From: Veleropilina oligotropha
Lineage: Eukaryota
DNA length: 64,000 bases
Direction of reading: 5' to 3'
Assembly (NCBI GenBank): GCA_048128005.1
Contig: JBEUKZ010000093.1
Span: forward strand, 496,001-560,000
In this document: piece after piece, positions 1 to 13,735 of the stretch
How the letters are laid out: the number at the start of each line of letters is the position of its first letter
How positions within the stretch are numbered: position 1 is the stretch's first letter
The notes under the pieces: generated by a model
Told to the model about the DNA's origin: nothing
The model's database searches: none
The model's input: only the letters and a program-made list of their open reading frames with translations
Program-made: the position numbers and the translations under genes

Positions 1-1295
1 CGACATTAAAATGGATAACGAACCACTTAAATTAGTCGATACGCATAAACACTTAGGACTTATGATTAATAGCAAAGGGTCGTGGAAGGATCACATCAAC
101 GACATGCTAACGAAATGTTCAAAACTGATTGGTTTACTGAGAACTTTTAAATTTAAGCTAAATAGGAAAACCCTAAGAATAATTTACCTCTCATTTATAC
201 GTCCTCGTTTAGAATATTGTTCGGTGGTATGGGATAATTGTACACAATATGACGCTGATAGGATAGAGAAACTCCAGAATGAAGCCATTCGAATTATCAC
301 AGGCCTTCCCCATTACTGTACGTTAAATATTATGAGATGCGAAGTTGCTTTTCCAACCCTCCAAATATGACGTTGAAACCAACGTTTATGTCTTTTTAAT
401 AAAATAATGAATAGAACATGCCCGCCATACCTACATATGCTTCTTCCCCCTACCATTGGACAGCTGTCTCGTTACTCTACAAGAAATAGCAATATCCTAG
501 CCGTCCCTCATACCAGAACTGAATTGTATAAAAGAACTTTTATCCCTCAAACTACTAATGATCGGAATTCTCTTCCAATTAATGTTAGAGAATCTAGGTC
601 ACTTCTTATTTTCAAAAGATTAATCTCAGAAAATATTCCATACATGCCAAATTTTTCGACTTTGAACTAGATCGTAAAACGGCAATTTTGCAATGCAAAA
701 TTCGTAACAACTGCATGCAGTAACCTATCTGGTGACCTCTACATTAATCACATTACTGACAACCCATGTTGTCCTTGTGGTTTTTCTATTGAAAACGCCG
801 AGCACTATTTCCTATATTGCCCATTATATAATTGTATACAACAAATATTCCTAAACAATCTTGGGAATAATAATTCAACGGACACAATCCTCTATGGTAA
901 ACCAAACCTGAATCTGGAGTATCTTGAAAACAGTACAAATATTTATTAAATCATCAAAGCGCTTTAATTAATTAAGTTAAACCTGTTTGTCTCCACAAAT
1001 ATTTTGTATTATTGTGTATACCTTATATTTGCTTCATTCCTGTCATTGTCAGAATAATCCTTTCTCTCTTACATTTGTTACTTATAGGGATCTAAATGCC
1101 TAAATATTCATGATATTATATATGTTAATGCTGCTTGCAAATATTCATATTGAGAAATGACTTATATAGGCTTCAGTCCTGTTATCAAATCGCAACATTC
1201 TTCTAAAGCTTGAATGTTATTATGTATCATACTAAATGTATTATGTGTATTATTTATGATCCTATGAAAATTAAATAAAAATATTTTTCAATCAA
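1..1295 (+). mobile_element. Decayed non-LTR retrotransposon (CR1/L2-like LINE): 3' end of ORF2 plus 3' UTR
   Basis: ORFs 11-370 and 407-670 read KHLG..I...SW..HI, IRPRLEYCSVVW and R...YK.TFIP.T, typical of the post-RT part of LINE ORF2. A CPCG..IENAEHYFLYCPLY zinc knuckle lies at ~768-830. The frame is broken by stops and frameshifts. AATAAA at ~1275 is followed by a short CAAT tail. Confidence 0.85.
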
Positions 1296-1605
1296 TGGTT
1301 AGAAATATGGCATTTTGCACTGTCAGAATGCAGGAAAGACTCGGGTTTCACATTGTCAAAATTTCCTCCCCCCGCCCCCCATGCAGATTATGTTAGAATA
1401 CCCCGTATCTTACTAATATGTATTGTAGTAAAACGAAATACCGTCATTGCATAGGAGAGTGGTAGGCCTACCATTCCCTTCATAACATTCACCAGCCCAA
1501 TGCCAATTTGCTTCCAACGTCCCTGCCCAGTGACAGGCGCATTTATGAATTTTAATACCGTAGCGTAATAGTCAAGAGTGACGAGTCGACGTACGATGTA
1601 GAATC

Positions 1606-2035
1606 GGTAACAGGTCAACTCACCGCCTAGGTCGTCACCACCAGAGTGAACTCGCCGCCAAGGTTCTTACATAATTACAAGTATTTTACAAGTATGTTTT
1701 ATTAAAATTTACAGTTTTATACATTTACTAAATAAAATGATTTATTTCTTCCTGTAAATATATGCGAAATGGGTTGCTGCCATCGACTAAGAAACAAAGC
1801 GTGTGTCTCAAATTGAATAAAAACATTTACATTATCGCTTATTGACCCACTGTTATACTTTTAAATATAAGCTACAAAATAATCATGTCGGTATTTTTAT
1901 CATGATAATTTGTTGATGTTCATTTAGTTAATCCACAAATCGGATGCTGCGGTGAATAGTTGTTACCTTTGATAAGCGATGGCACGATGGCGGTGAGTTG
2001 ACTCTAAATAATTGGCGGTGAGTTGATCTGTATTC
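1606..2035. mobile_element. MITE / non-autonomous DNA transposon, 430 bp
   Basis: Imperfect TIRs (ACAGGTCAACTCACCGCC ... GGCGGTGAGTTGATCTGT) with subterminal repeats of the same motif. An exact 8-bp direct repeat GTAGAATC flanks it at 1598-1605 and 2036-2043. Confidence 0.75.
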
Positions 2036-2356
2036 GTAGAATCAGGGCGCCAGGTTTCAAAGTGTTCATTGTCAAACTCGCTGTCGTTAAACTCCTAAAG
2101 TTTTGCGATTACCTTCAATAGGACTATATTTTAGAAATAAGAGTATAAGCGGTAGGAAAACAAATTGATGTGACGATATGACATAATATTGGCTTTCATC
2201 AACAAGCCTTGAAGTATCTGCAAGATTATAACGATATCTTTTATCTGGTATAGATCTACTCGACATGTCCGTCGCCGCATTATTGTGAACGTAATCCTAC
2301 CCACAAGCCATTGTGCGCGCAGGCGCATCGTGAAAACTGGTCTATGTTCGAAAAGG

Positions 2357-5300
2357 TCCATGACAGAGTGTTGTCAGAGGTGTACGGAATAGATATTGTA
2401 GCCCATGCCAGCGTGTTGTCAGAGGTGAACAGAATAGATATTGTAGCTCATGACAGCATGATGTCAGAGGTGTACGGAATATATATTGTAGCCCATGACA
2501 GCATGATGTCAGAGGTGTACGGAATAGATATTGTAGCCCATGACAGTGTGTTGTCAGAGGTGAACAGAAAAGATATTGTATCCCATGACAGTGTGTTGTC
2601 AGAGGTGAACAGAATAGATATTGTAGCCCATGACAGCGTGTTGTCAGAGGTGTACGGAATAGATACTGTAGCCCATGACAGCGTGTTGTCAGAGGTGAAC
2701 AGAATAGATATTGTAGCCCATGCCAACGTGTTGTCAGAGGTGAACAGAATAGATATTGTAGCCCATGACAGCGTGTTGTCAGAGGTGAACAGAATAGATA
2801 TTGTAGCCCATGACAGCGTGTTGTCAGAGGTGTACGGAATAGATATTGTAGCCCATGACAATGTGTTGTCAGAGGTGAACAGAATAGATATTGTAGCCCA
2901 TGACAGCGTGTTGTCAGAGGTGTATACGGAATAGATATTGTAGCCCATGACAGCGTGTTGTCAGAGGTGAACAGAATAGATATTGTAGCCCATGACAGCG
3001 TGTTGTCAGAGGTGAACAGAATAGATATTGTAGCCCATGACAGTGTTGTCAGAGGTGTACGGAATAGATATTGTAGCCCATGACAGCATGTTGTTAGCAG
3101 TGAACAGAATAGATATTGTAGCCCATGACAGCATGTTGTCAGAGGTGTACGGAATAGATATTGTAGCCCATGACAGCGTGTTGTCAGAGGTGAACAGAAT
3201 AGATATTGTAGCCCATGACAGCGTGTTGTCAGAGGTGTACGGAATAGATATTGTAGCCCATGACAGTGTGTTGTCAGAGGTGAACAGAATAGATATTGTA
3301 GCCCATGACAGCTTGTTGTCAGAGGTGAACAGAATAGATATTGTAGCCCATTACAGCATGTTGTCAGAGGTGAACAGAATAGATATTGTAGCCCATGACA
3401 GCGTGTTGTCAGAGGTGAACAGAATAGATATTGTAGCCCATGACAGCATGTTGTCAGAGGTGTACGGAATAGATATAGTAGCCCATGACAGCATGTTGTC
3501 AGCAGTGAACAGAATAGATATTGTAGCCCATGACAGCATGTTGTCAGAGGTGTACGGAATAGATATTGTAGCCCATGACAGCGTGTTGTCAGAGGTGAAC
3601 AGAATAGATATTGTAGCCCATGACAGCGTGTTGTCAGAGGTGAACAGAATAGATATTGTAGCCCATGACAGCATGTTGTCAGAGGTGTACGGAATAGATA
3701 TTGTAGCCCATGACAGCGTGTTGTCAGAGGTGTACGGAATAGATATTGTAGCCCATGACTGCGTGTTGTCAGAGGTGAACAGAATAGATATTGTAGCCCA
3801 TGACAGCATGTTGTCAGAGGTGTACGGAATAGATATTGTAGCCCATGACAGCGTGTTGTCAGAGGTGTACGGAATAGATATTGTAGCCCATGACAGCGTG
3901 TTGTCAGAGGTGAACAGAATAGATATTGTAGCCCATGACAGCATGTTGTCAGAGGTGTACGGAATAGATATTTTAGCCCATGACAGCATGTTGTCAGCGG
4001 TGTACGGAATAGATATTGTAGCCCATGACAGAGTGTTGTCAGAGGTGAACAGAATAGATATTGTAGCCCATGACAGCATGTTGTCAGAGGCGAACGGAAT
4101 AGATATTGTAGCCCATGACAGCGTGTTGTCAGAGGTGTACGGAATAGATATTGTAGCCCATGACAGCGTGTTGTCAGAGGTGTACGGAATAGATATTGTA
4201 GCCCACAACAGCGTGTTGTTAGAGGTGTACGGAATAGATATTGTAGCCCATGACAGTGTGTTGTCAGAGGTGTACGGAATAGATATTGTAGCCCATGACA
4301 GCTTGTTGTCAGAGGTGAACAGAATAGATATTGTAGCCCATGACAGCGTGTTGTCAGAGGTGAACAGAATAGATATTGTAGCCCATGACAGCGTGTTGTC
4401 AGAGGTGAACAAAATAGATATTGTAGCCCATGACAGCATGTTGTCAGAGGTGAACAGAATAGATATTGTAGCCCATGACAGCATGTTGTCAGAGGTGAAC
4501 AGAATAGATATTGTAGCCCATGACAGCGTGTTGTCAGAGGTGAACGGAATAGATAGTGTAACCCATGACAGCATGTTGTCAGAGGTGAACAGAATAGATA
4601 TTGTAGCCCATGACAGCATGTTGTCAGAGGTGAACAGAATAGATATTGTAGCCCATGACGTGTTGACAGAGGTGAACGGAATAGATATTGTAGCCCATGA
4701 CAGCATGTTGACAGAGGTGAATGGAATAGATATTGTAGCCCATGACAGCGTGTTGTCAGAGGTGAACAGAATATATATTGTAGCCCATGACAGCATGTTG
4801 TCAGAGGTGAACAGAATAGATATTGTAGCCCATGACAGCGTGTTGTCAGAGGTGAACAGAATAGATATTGTAGCCCATGACAACGTGTTGACAGAGGTGA
4901 ACGGAATAGATATTGTAGCCCACGACAGCGTGTTATCAGAGGTGTACGGAATAGATATCGTAGCCCATGACAGCGTGTTGTCAGAGGTGAACAGAATAGA
5001 TATTGTAGCCCATGACAACGTGTTGACAGAGGTGAACAGAATAGATATTGTAGCCCATGACAGCGTGTTGTCAGAGGTGAACGGAATAGATATTGTAGCC
5101 CATGACAGCATGTCAGAGGTGAACAGAATATATATTGTAGCCCATGACAGCGTGTTGTCAGAGGTGTACGGAATAGATATTGTAGCCCATGACAGCATGG
5201 AGACAGAGGTGTATGGAATATATATTGTAGCCCATGACAGCGTGTTGTCAGAGGTGAACAGAATAGATATTGTAGCCCATGACAGCGTGTTGTCAGAGGT

Positions 5301-5430
5301 GAACAGAATATATATTGTAGCCCATGACAGCGTGTTGTCAGAGGTGAACGGAATAGATATTGTAGCCCATGACAGCGTGTTGTCAGATGTGAACGGAATC
5401 GATATTGCAGCCCATGACAACGTGCTGTTA
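2357..5430. repeat. 45-bp minisatellite, about 68 units
   Basis: Unit GCCCATGACAGCGTGTTGTCAGAGGTGAACAGAATAGATATTGTA with interspersed GAACA/GTACG variants and an internal TGACA-N6-TGTCA inverted repeat. Confidence 0.97.
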
Positions 5431-5797
5431 GATCCAGGGCTCACCGTGGCTTGCGTTGAAAAAACTTGGATTTGAACATATAACGAGAGGCAATGAACAC
5501 GCATGATGCAAATTAATCTCAAAATCGAGTGAAATAAATTATAAAATTTCTTGTATGAAAGTGTATTTTGTATCTGACAACCACACACACCCAACGGGAG
5601 TTTGGTTTTGTTGAATAACTGTCTGTTTTGGGATAATGGTAATTTACACAAGAATGTAACTCTCAGTGTGATTTCTGCTAATGCACGGCCCGATTTCCAA
5701 ACATGATATTGCACAAGCAAAGTACAAGTTGAAGACCTCTAGATGCACAGGCAAGTTGCCATTAGCGTGCTTTACATTCATGATGCACCTCCATCTC

Positions 5798-7010
5798 GCA
5801 CAGGAGCCAGCATGGCAATGTGTGTCCCACACAGGAACCAGCATGGCAATGTGTGTCACACACAGGAACCAGCATGGCAATGTGCATCCCACACAGGAAC
5901 CAGCATGGCAATGTGCGTCCCACACATGAACCAGCATGGCAATGTGCGTCACGCACAGGAACCAGCATGGCAATGTGCGTCCCACACAGGAACCAGCATG
6001 GCAATGTGCGTCCCACACAGGAACCAGCATGGCAATGTGCGTCCCACACAGCCAGGCTCACACAGGAACCAGCATGGCAATGTGTGTCCCACACAGGAAC
6101 CAGCATGGCAATGCGCGTCCCACACAGGAACCAGCATGGCAATGTGCATCCCACACAGCCAGGCTCACACAGGAACCAGCATGGCAATGTGCGTCCCACA
6201 CAGGAACCAGCATGGCAATGTGCCACACAGCCAGGCTCACACAGGAACCAGCATGGCAATGTGCATCCCACACAGGAACCAGCATGGCAATGCGTGTCCC
6301 ACACAGCCAGGCTCACACAGGAACCAGCATGGCAATGTGTGTCCCACAGGAACCAGCATGGCAATGTGCGTCCCACACAACCAGGCTCACACAGGAACCA
6401 GCATGGCAATGTGCATCCCACACAGGAACCAGCATGGCAATGCGTGTCCCACACAGCCAGGCTCACACAGGAACCAGCATGGCAATGTGTGTCCCACACA
6501 GGAACCAGCATGGCAATGTGCATCCCACACAGGAACCAGCATGGCAATGTGCATCCCACACAGGAACCAGCATGGAATTGTGCGTCCCAAACAGCCAGGT
6601 ACACACAGGAACCAGCATGGCAATGTGCATCCCACACAGCCAGGCCCGCACAGGAACCAGCATGGCAATGTGCATCCCACACAGGAACCAGCATGGCAAT
6701 GTGCATCCCACACAGGAACCAGCATGGCAATGTGCATCCCACACAGGAACCAGCATGGCAATGTGCGTCCCACACATGAACCAGCATGGCAATGTGCGTC
6801 TCACACAGGAACCAGCATAGCAATGTGCATACCACACAGGAACCAGCATGGCAATGTGCGTCCCACACAGGAACCAGCATGGCAATGTGCGTCTCACACA
6901 GGAACCGGCTTGGCAATGTGCGTCCCACACAGGAACCAGCATGGCAATGTGCATCCCACAAAGGAGCCACCATAACAATGTGCGTCCTACACAGCCAGGC
7001 TCACACCGGA
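5798..7010. repeat. 31-bp minisatellite with an interspersed 14-bp subunit
   Basis: Unit CACACAGGAACCAGCATGGCAATGTGCGTCC, irregularly interrupted by CACACAGCCAGGCT. Confidence 0.95.
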
Positions 7011-7439
7011 TTTTCTTGCATGGCAATAATGGGAGTGCTGTAGTGGCCTTCTAAATCCCAGGATACGAAGCTCATTGAACAGCTGTGGGCAAGCTTGGAT
7101 GCCATGTTCGTTGTCATCAGCACCCGTCATTTATCGCTGCTGAACTCACCAAAGCCTTTCAACACCACTGGGCAGCAATACCACAAGGTCGCTTTCAGCA
7201 TTTGTTTTTGCAGACCTGTCAACATTTGAAAATGCCAAAGAGGGAGATTTCTTCGATGACATTATATAAATAAATATATTGTGCGTGCGTGTACGTACGT
7301 TGACGTATGTACGTACGTTGACGTATGTACATACGTACGTACATACGTACATACATACATATTATATATATACATTTAATTTTTAAATGACCACCATACC
7401 AGATGTAGGTCCCCTAGAACTTAGTAGAAGCCATAATAT

Positions 7440-8468
7440 ATATATATCTTCAAAACAAAATGACCACGATAGTGGCCATCTTGAATCCGAAAACGATGAA
7501 AATCGTAAGGCGGCATGTCCTCATCATAAGAAAAGTGCATACTGAATTTGAATGAAATCCGATAAGAATTATTCAATGTAGAGCAGACACAAGAAATATC
7601 TTCAAAACAAAATGGCCAACACGGCGACCATCTAGGCGGCATGTCCTCATCATAACTAACGTTCATACCAAATTTGAATGAAATCGGAATAGAACTTTTC
7701 ACTATAGAGCTCACACAAGAAATATCTTCAAAACAAAATGGACACCACGGCGGCCATCTCGACTCCGAAAACGACAAAAATCGTTAGGCGGTGTCCTCAT
7801 CATAATGAACGTGCATACCGAATTTGAATCAAATCGGAATAGAAGTCTTCACTGTAGAACAGACACAAGAAATATCTTCAAAACAAAATGGCCACCATGG
7901 CAGCCATCATGAACACAAAAACAACGAAAATCGCTAGATGGCATGTCCTCATCATAACGAACGTGCATGCTGAATTTGAATGAAATCTGAATAGAACTCT
8001 TCACTGTAGAGCACACAAGCGATTCCTTCAAAACAAAATGGCTGCCACGGCAGTCATCTTGAATCCGAAAACCGTTAGTCGGTGTGTCCACATCATACCG
8101 AATTTGAATGAAATCGGAATAGAACTCTTCACTGTAGAGCACACGCAAGAAATTTCTTCAAAACAAAATGGCCGCCACGGCAGCCATTTTGAATCCGAAA
8201 ACGACAAAAATCGTTTTGCGGCATGTCCTCATGAAAACTAACTGGCATACCGAATTTGAATCAAATCGGATTAGAACTTCACTGTAGAGCGGACCCAAAA
8301 TCTTTAACCTAAAATTCACCTAAACTTCTATGTCCAAAGAGACCATCATATAAAGTCCCTTGGAAAACCCATATACCCTCAACGAAAAACTTTAACCAAA
8401 TTGTTGAAGTCGGATGCCGGACGGTACAGAAACAATATGCCCTTTCGCCTTCGGCGCGGGCATAAAAA
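7440..8468 (+). mobile_element. Helentron/HINE-like non-autonomous element with internal tandem repeats
   Basis: Tandem imperfect units containing CAAAATGGC.GCCA...GCCATCTTG and CATACC.AATTTGAAT. A 3' hairpin ATGCCC..CGCC TTC GGCG CGGGCAT is followed by AAAAA. The same unit family recurs at 47.6k, 50k, 57.5k and 59.7k. Confidence 0.6.
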
Positions 8469-9231
8469 TGTTGTCACTTGATTACCGATGGTCCTTATGT
8501 AACCATAATTTACCCGACACTAAATTTATTTTTCGCATTATCCATGTGAACTTTACGGGGCTCCGTACAATAGTTGCGTATATAGGGAAGCCCATGATTC
8601 GCGAGGCACACAAACAGAATATATTTCATCTGCATTAATGTACTGTTTGTCAATTACAGGTGAGCCTCATTTCTTATTTATTTTATATTCTAGTAATTAA
8701 ACTTATGATATACATATTTTGCTTTCATCTCATCCTAGTATAAATTCATATTAAGTACCCGTTATATTAATATTATTCTAGTATATAACTAGAGGAGTTG
8801 TTTTTGTGTGAACAAAAACATATGTCTCCCCATGTAAGAGAAATCACTCCATATTGAGACCCTCATGAAGTTTGGAAAGTCACGGACTGGAAGAGTGTAA
8901 TATATTTGACGAAATGGATGGATTTATGCAAATGTCCTGAATATTTACCTTCACGTACAAGGCATGGGAACCTATGAAGACAAGAATTTTAGTAGGTCAA
9001 AGGTCATTTCGTCAAGGTCAGAAATCATTTTAGGAAAATTTTGCCTCCTAATGCACAATGGCACGTTAAGGAAAGATAGCACATCACAGGAAATCATGCT
9101 GTCATATAGACATCTAGCCCGGAAAAGGTGTGTATCAGGAAAGTACATTTGACCTCTGTGACCTTGAACTTTGACCGAACAACAAAATTGAACATTGTTA
9201 TAAAATGTACTCACCCTCAGGGAGAAATTTG

Positions 9232-10470
9232 GCGATTGCGTTTAATGGGAGTGCGGCCTATCCGACTGGTGTGGTGTACCCGGCAAAGATCCAAGATGAG
9301 CAGCTTACAAAACCAAGCGTCGTTGTCTCCTCGTCTGAATCTCCGGCATTCGGGGCAGACTACACCGATGTCTTCCAAAAATACCGCCTCCCTCACGTTG
9401 CGAGTGACCGGCTACTACGGGATTGGGACAGCACGCCCATGCGGTTCTGGCAAAACAAGGTCAACTTCGCAGTCTGGTGTGCTACCACAGGGTCCGGGGT
9501 ATCCGCCGAAGACCACTTGAATGCCACCGACCCCCTCTCCAGAGCAGTATTCACCTTCCACGTCTACTACCAGATCAGAAGGATCTTGTCCGAAATTCAG
9601 GCGCCGCTGCCACAAGACACGACATGGGATGCATTCGACACCCCGTATGACCGAAGGGCATATGAGAAGATCTGCAGCGAATTCGGCGTGTCTCCTCACA
9701 CCGACTGGCGAGTCGAGGGTCCCAATAAAGGGCTCGGCACTGCTTTCAGCTACTGGACGAACAACGGCTACCACTCCATCGGACGTGAGTATGATCCCAG
9801 TCGCATGTCCTTCACCCAAAGTACGACTAACGCGAATCTGCACGTGGACTACATCGCGCAAGCGCTTGCGCTTTCAAACGGCTGGGCTTCCTTTATGCTG
9901 GACAAGTCAGCGGGATTTACCCGGGCCGGTGTGGAGAGGCTCAATGATTCCATCAGGACCTACGTCTGGGCGATTCTTGGAGTGCAGGCTCAAACACGTG
10001 CAAGCATTCTGGGTAGCGGTACCGCGTTTGACGCGCAGAAACAGTACCTGTCGAACGTGGAAGATGCCATCGCATCGCCAGTGGACCTCCCAGCAGCAAT
10101 CAAACGGTACCAGGAGGTGCTACAGTATGCCAGGTCCAAGGTAGACTTCGTATTCGGCGTTGGCCTGTATATGGCGCCAAGTGACATGCTTCTGCGCATC
10201 GGGCAGGTGGCTGGGTACAACAACGAAATCGTCGTTGCCACGGAAGACCAGACACTAGGTCTTAATACGACCGTCAACGCGGCCAGTGTGCCCCCCCCCC
10301 CCCCAACGCCACTACAGGACTGGTCATTCCACAAGACAAGGTCGCAGTCTTACGGGCAGATGCTCCGAAGCATCCAAACGCTGAGCCGGCTGTGGCCGGG
10401 GCAGCTGTCCCACATGACGAGGAGAAGACCGCACTTATTGTGGGTGGCGTCGTCGTTGGCCTAGCGTTCA
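9232..10470 (+). pseudogene. Homolog of the 427-aa protein at 38403-39686; N-terminus lost and frameshifted near the poly-C run
   Basis: Near-collinear protein similarity (FWQNKVNFAVWCATTGSG, FDAQKQ.L.NVEDAI). The native start is replaced by host sequence. The C-terminal hydrophobic tail (HDEEKTALIVGG) is out of frame after ~10300. Confidence 0.85.
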
Positions 10471-11725
10471 TTTGGCTGGCTTCACCCACTGGCTAGCGGC
10501 CATAAGAAGCAAGCACCCAACAGATATAATCACAGCCCACAGGTTCTCAGCAAGCCACGACGCTGTCTTGCCGACCAGGTTGATGAGCCAGGAAAGTAGG
10601 CTGCCAATCATGCCTGGGAGTGCCGCTGCCACCTTCCCCCCTAGTTTGCCCAGAATCCGACCCAGGTTCCGCAGGTGCTTTTTGACCCACTCCTTCATGC
10701 CTTGACCACTGGAAGGTGGTGGTGGTGGTGAGATGCTCGGCGCTCCGCCTGTTAGGGCTAGTACCAGAGTCGAGATGGCCATACCAATCGCGGTCAGTAT
10801 AGTCACGATTGTGACCCCCTGTTCGCGAAACAGGGTCCGGATGCGCTCGGCCAGAATCCGACTTATCATCTCTCGGATCCGGCTGATTTGAGAGCGAAGG
10901 GCATCCCGGCTGGACGAGGCAGCCTCTAGGCGAGCTGCTCGTTCATAATTCAAGTTGCGCAGACGTTCCGCGATTCGTCGACGAACGAATTCCTCCACAC
11001 CCCCTTCATCTGCCTGATCGAGCTTCCTCTTCTCCAGCTCTGTGTTCGTCCAGTGCCGTCAGTTTGGCCAGCCTGTTCGTGAGCTCGCCTCGAATGGTCT
11101 GCATCGCCTTGTCCAGCCCGCGAAGCTCACGAAGATTTAATGGGGGGTCCCCCATCGTGCTCAAGATCTCATCAACCTCGGCATCTGTGAACGTCGTCTC
11201 CATTGTGTGGATTGCAGATGCCGCATCTGTAGCGGTCTGCCCCAAGTCCCGCAGTTCCACGTTGTCTACGTTGGCGGCCACACCGCTCAACTCATTGTCG
11301 GCTGTCTGAAATACTGCGACGGCTTTTGAGGCCAGCTTCTTATTCTCCCGCCTCCAGTCTACAAATCCCAACCCATCTCTGATGGCTTTACCCCCACCCT
11401 TCCGGCTAGCGATTGTTGTCAATGCCAGGGGTTTACCGGAATGTGTGAGATCGATGCCTGGGTAGGCCGGCATCCGCAGTCTCCCGTCCACGTATTCGAA
11501 CTGGGCATAATCACGCCCCGCCGCCGGGGTGTGCCCCTCCTCCGACAGGGCCTTGTAGTAGTCGTCCACCGCTGTCTGAACGAGCTCTTGCCGCAGATCG
11601 CTGGTTCCTTCGGTTCCTTCCTGTGGCGTCGGAGGCACAAACAAGTCAGTGGGTTGTGCCGGCATTGTCACATCCTCATCGACGATGATGTCGGGCTCGA
11701 ACGCGGGGTTCTCGAAGTCCGCCAT
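10468..11725 (-). pseudogene. Homolog of the 437-aa coiled-coil/membrane protein at 37097-38410, frameshifted
   Basis: MADFENPAFEPD start at 11725. Split into ORFs 11006-11914 and 10468-10998 by a frameshift at ~11040. Confidence 0.85.
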
Positions 11726-11768
11726 TTGAATACAACCACAGGGGTATGCATCTAATTCAGCCAACAAC

Positions 11769-13066
11769 ATGGCCAGCCTGTACGGACGCAAGCTTGATCC
11801 ATACCGCAGACTGCGAGAGCCTCTTGGGGTCAAGGGTACCCGCCAGTCGGTCACCATAACCAATAACCCATCCACCATCGCCGCAAACCAGCAGCTGCTG
11901 GTCAGGTTCCCCAATCTCGGGGCTCATGACGTGATCGTTCCAGGGACTGCCCACCTCGCATTCACCATTTCTCTGACCTCGGCTAACCCGAACAGATCCG
12001 TAGTGCAGAACATTGGACGCGCCGTGGTCAAGAAGACCACGATAAAGATCAGTGGAAACGAGATCATGTCTATCGACGATTCCGACGTGTATCACTGCTA
12101 CTGCGATCTCTGGAAGACACCCCAGGAACGCAGTAGCGCCCACTACCAGGGGATTGATACCAGTGATGGACAAAATACTACGAAGATCCGTGTTGGTGCG
12201 AAGGACGCCTTCAGACTTTCTGAGGACGTGGCCATCTCGGTCGCGTACGGTCCTCGATTCCGCGTCCCGCTGGACTTCGAATTGCTGGAGAGCCACATGC
12301 CGTTCTACCAAAGTGCCCTTGGAGACCGTCTCGAATATGAGCTCACGTTCAACGACCACAGCCGGATGATCAGGGACACCGATGACCCCGGTTCCAGCTA
12401 CAGCATCGACAATATCAGCCTGGAATACGACATGGTCACCCAGGCCGACCTGGCCAGGCTGATTCGTAACCAGTACTCGGGCCGCATCGCCATCCTCTAC
12501 GACCGTGTGCTCCGGCATCGTAAGCTCACCCGAGACAAGAGCGACACGTTGTGGAATCTGAACGTTCCGGCGAGGTCCATGAAAGGTATCCTACTGCTGT
12601 TTGAGGACCCCGCGAGAGACGCAGCACCATTCGCGAGGGACACCGAGGCATTTTACAATCCGAAAATCACCAAGGTCGAGGTCACCATTGAGGGGTCCCG
12701 AATCAAATCTACAGCCAGGGCATGCGTTCCTACCAGATGTGGTACGAAGCCAGGAAACTGTTCGCCTCCAACCCGATCAGCAAGCGCCATCCCGAGGTGG
12801 CGCTGGTTGCCAAGGATTTGGCTCTGGCAGACGTCACCCTGGGCCAGTTCTTAACGAAAAAGTTCGCCCTATGGATAGACCTGCGGGTCACCGACGACGA
12901 TCAGCTGCACGGGTCAGGCCGGAAGGTAGAGAACGCCAGCGAGGGTATCACCATCCAGATCACTAAGACGGGTGAAGCAGCCGGCCCGTTGAACGTTTAC
13001 CTGTACGTGATAATGGACGCACAGCTCAATATCGAGAATGGACGCTTTGTCACAGCGCTGTACTAG
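11769..13066 (+). pseudogene. Putative major capsid protein, frameshifted
   Basis: Homologous to 35759-37060. The frame changes after EVTIEG (~12695) and the C-terminus is in ORF 12722-13066. Confidence 0.8.
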
Positions 13067-13646
13067 ACGGTTCCCGCACCCCACGACCCCCCACTCCACG
13101 ATCATCTGCGGCCAGACTGGCTGCGGGAAGACGGTTTTCATGCTTGAACTGTTGAAAGCAGAGTATCGAGGGGTGTTCAGGCATATCGTAATCCTCTGCC
13201 CCACGATCAAGCACAACAAAGCCTACCAGTCCTGTCCATGGATCTGGACTGACCCGGAGGTAGACATAATCCCCCCTGGTGAGCGACTCCATGACTGGTT
13301 GCGGGGGTTCTACCGGCTTTTCCAGGGGGAGTCGACCTTGTACATGATCGACGACTGCACGGCCAGCAAGGCCCTATCTAAGAGACGGGACATGCTGACT
13401 GAGCTGGCCTTTAGCGGAAGGCATGCCTCCCAGAGTGTATGGGTGGTGACGCAGAAGTACAACTCGGTCCTGAAGGAGCTCTGCGAACAGACCCGCTGGC
13501 TCGCGCTGTTTCATTGCAAGGACCGCGACAGCTTCGAAGACTGTCTTCGCGAGAATGACGTAATCTGGTCGCAGGATGAGAGAACCGCAGTGCGCCGGCT
13601 GTTGGCCGAGACCCGACACGCCAAGCTTCTGTTGAAAACTGACTAG
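13038..13646 (+). CDS. A32/FtsK-HerA-like packaging ATPase (copy 1; stop about 8 codons early)
   Basis: Walker A GQTGCGKT, Walker B YMIDD, GRH motif and VVTQ. TAG replaces the Gln codon of KTDQ seen in copy 2. Confidence 0.85.
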   Translation: MDALSQRCTRRFPHPTTPHSTIICGQTGCGKTVFMLELLKAEYRGVFRHIVILCPTIKHNKAYQSCPWIWTDPEVDIIPPGERLHDWLRGFYRLFQGESTLYMIDDCTASKALSKRRDMLTELAFSGRHASQSVWVVTQKYNSVLKELCEQTRWLALFHCKDRDSFEDCLRENDVIWSQDERTAVRRLLAETRHAKLLLKTD

Positions 13647-13735
13647 CCCGTTGCTTATAGTGTGTTGTAGCAGCTACTTGGCTAGCCCTAGCATCTACTT
13701 GGCACCTACCCAGCATCTACTGAGCAAGCTCTCGC

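Noticed and set aside
2311..5720. Long ORFs (812 aa plus strand, 789 aa minus strand) over the 45-bp repeat
   Set aside because: A stop-free 45-bp unit gives open frames on both strands automatically. Frameshifts occur at ~2925 and ~3040 and there is no unique coding flank. Two later indels are 3 bp, too few to argue for selection.
2357..7010. Regular repeats as possible CRISPR arrays
   Set aside because: Units are head-to-tail with no unique spacers, there are no cas genes, and the context is eukaryotic.
5644..7054. Many overlapping Cys/His-rich ORFs
   Set aside because: Translations of the 31-bp minisatellite in all frames.
9205..9231. ATG at 9205 as the start of a 419-aa gene
   Set aside because: The first nine codons come from flanking host repeat; homology to the copy 2 gene starts at ~9232.
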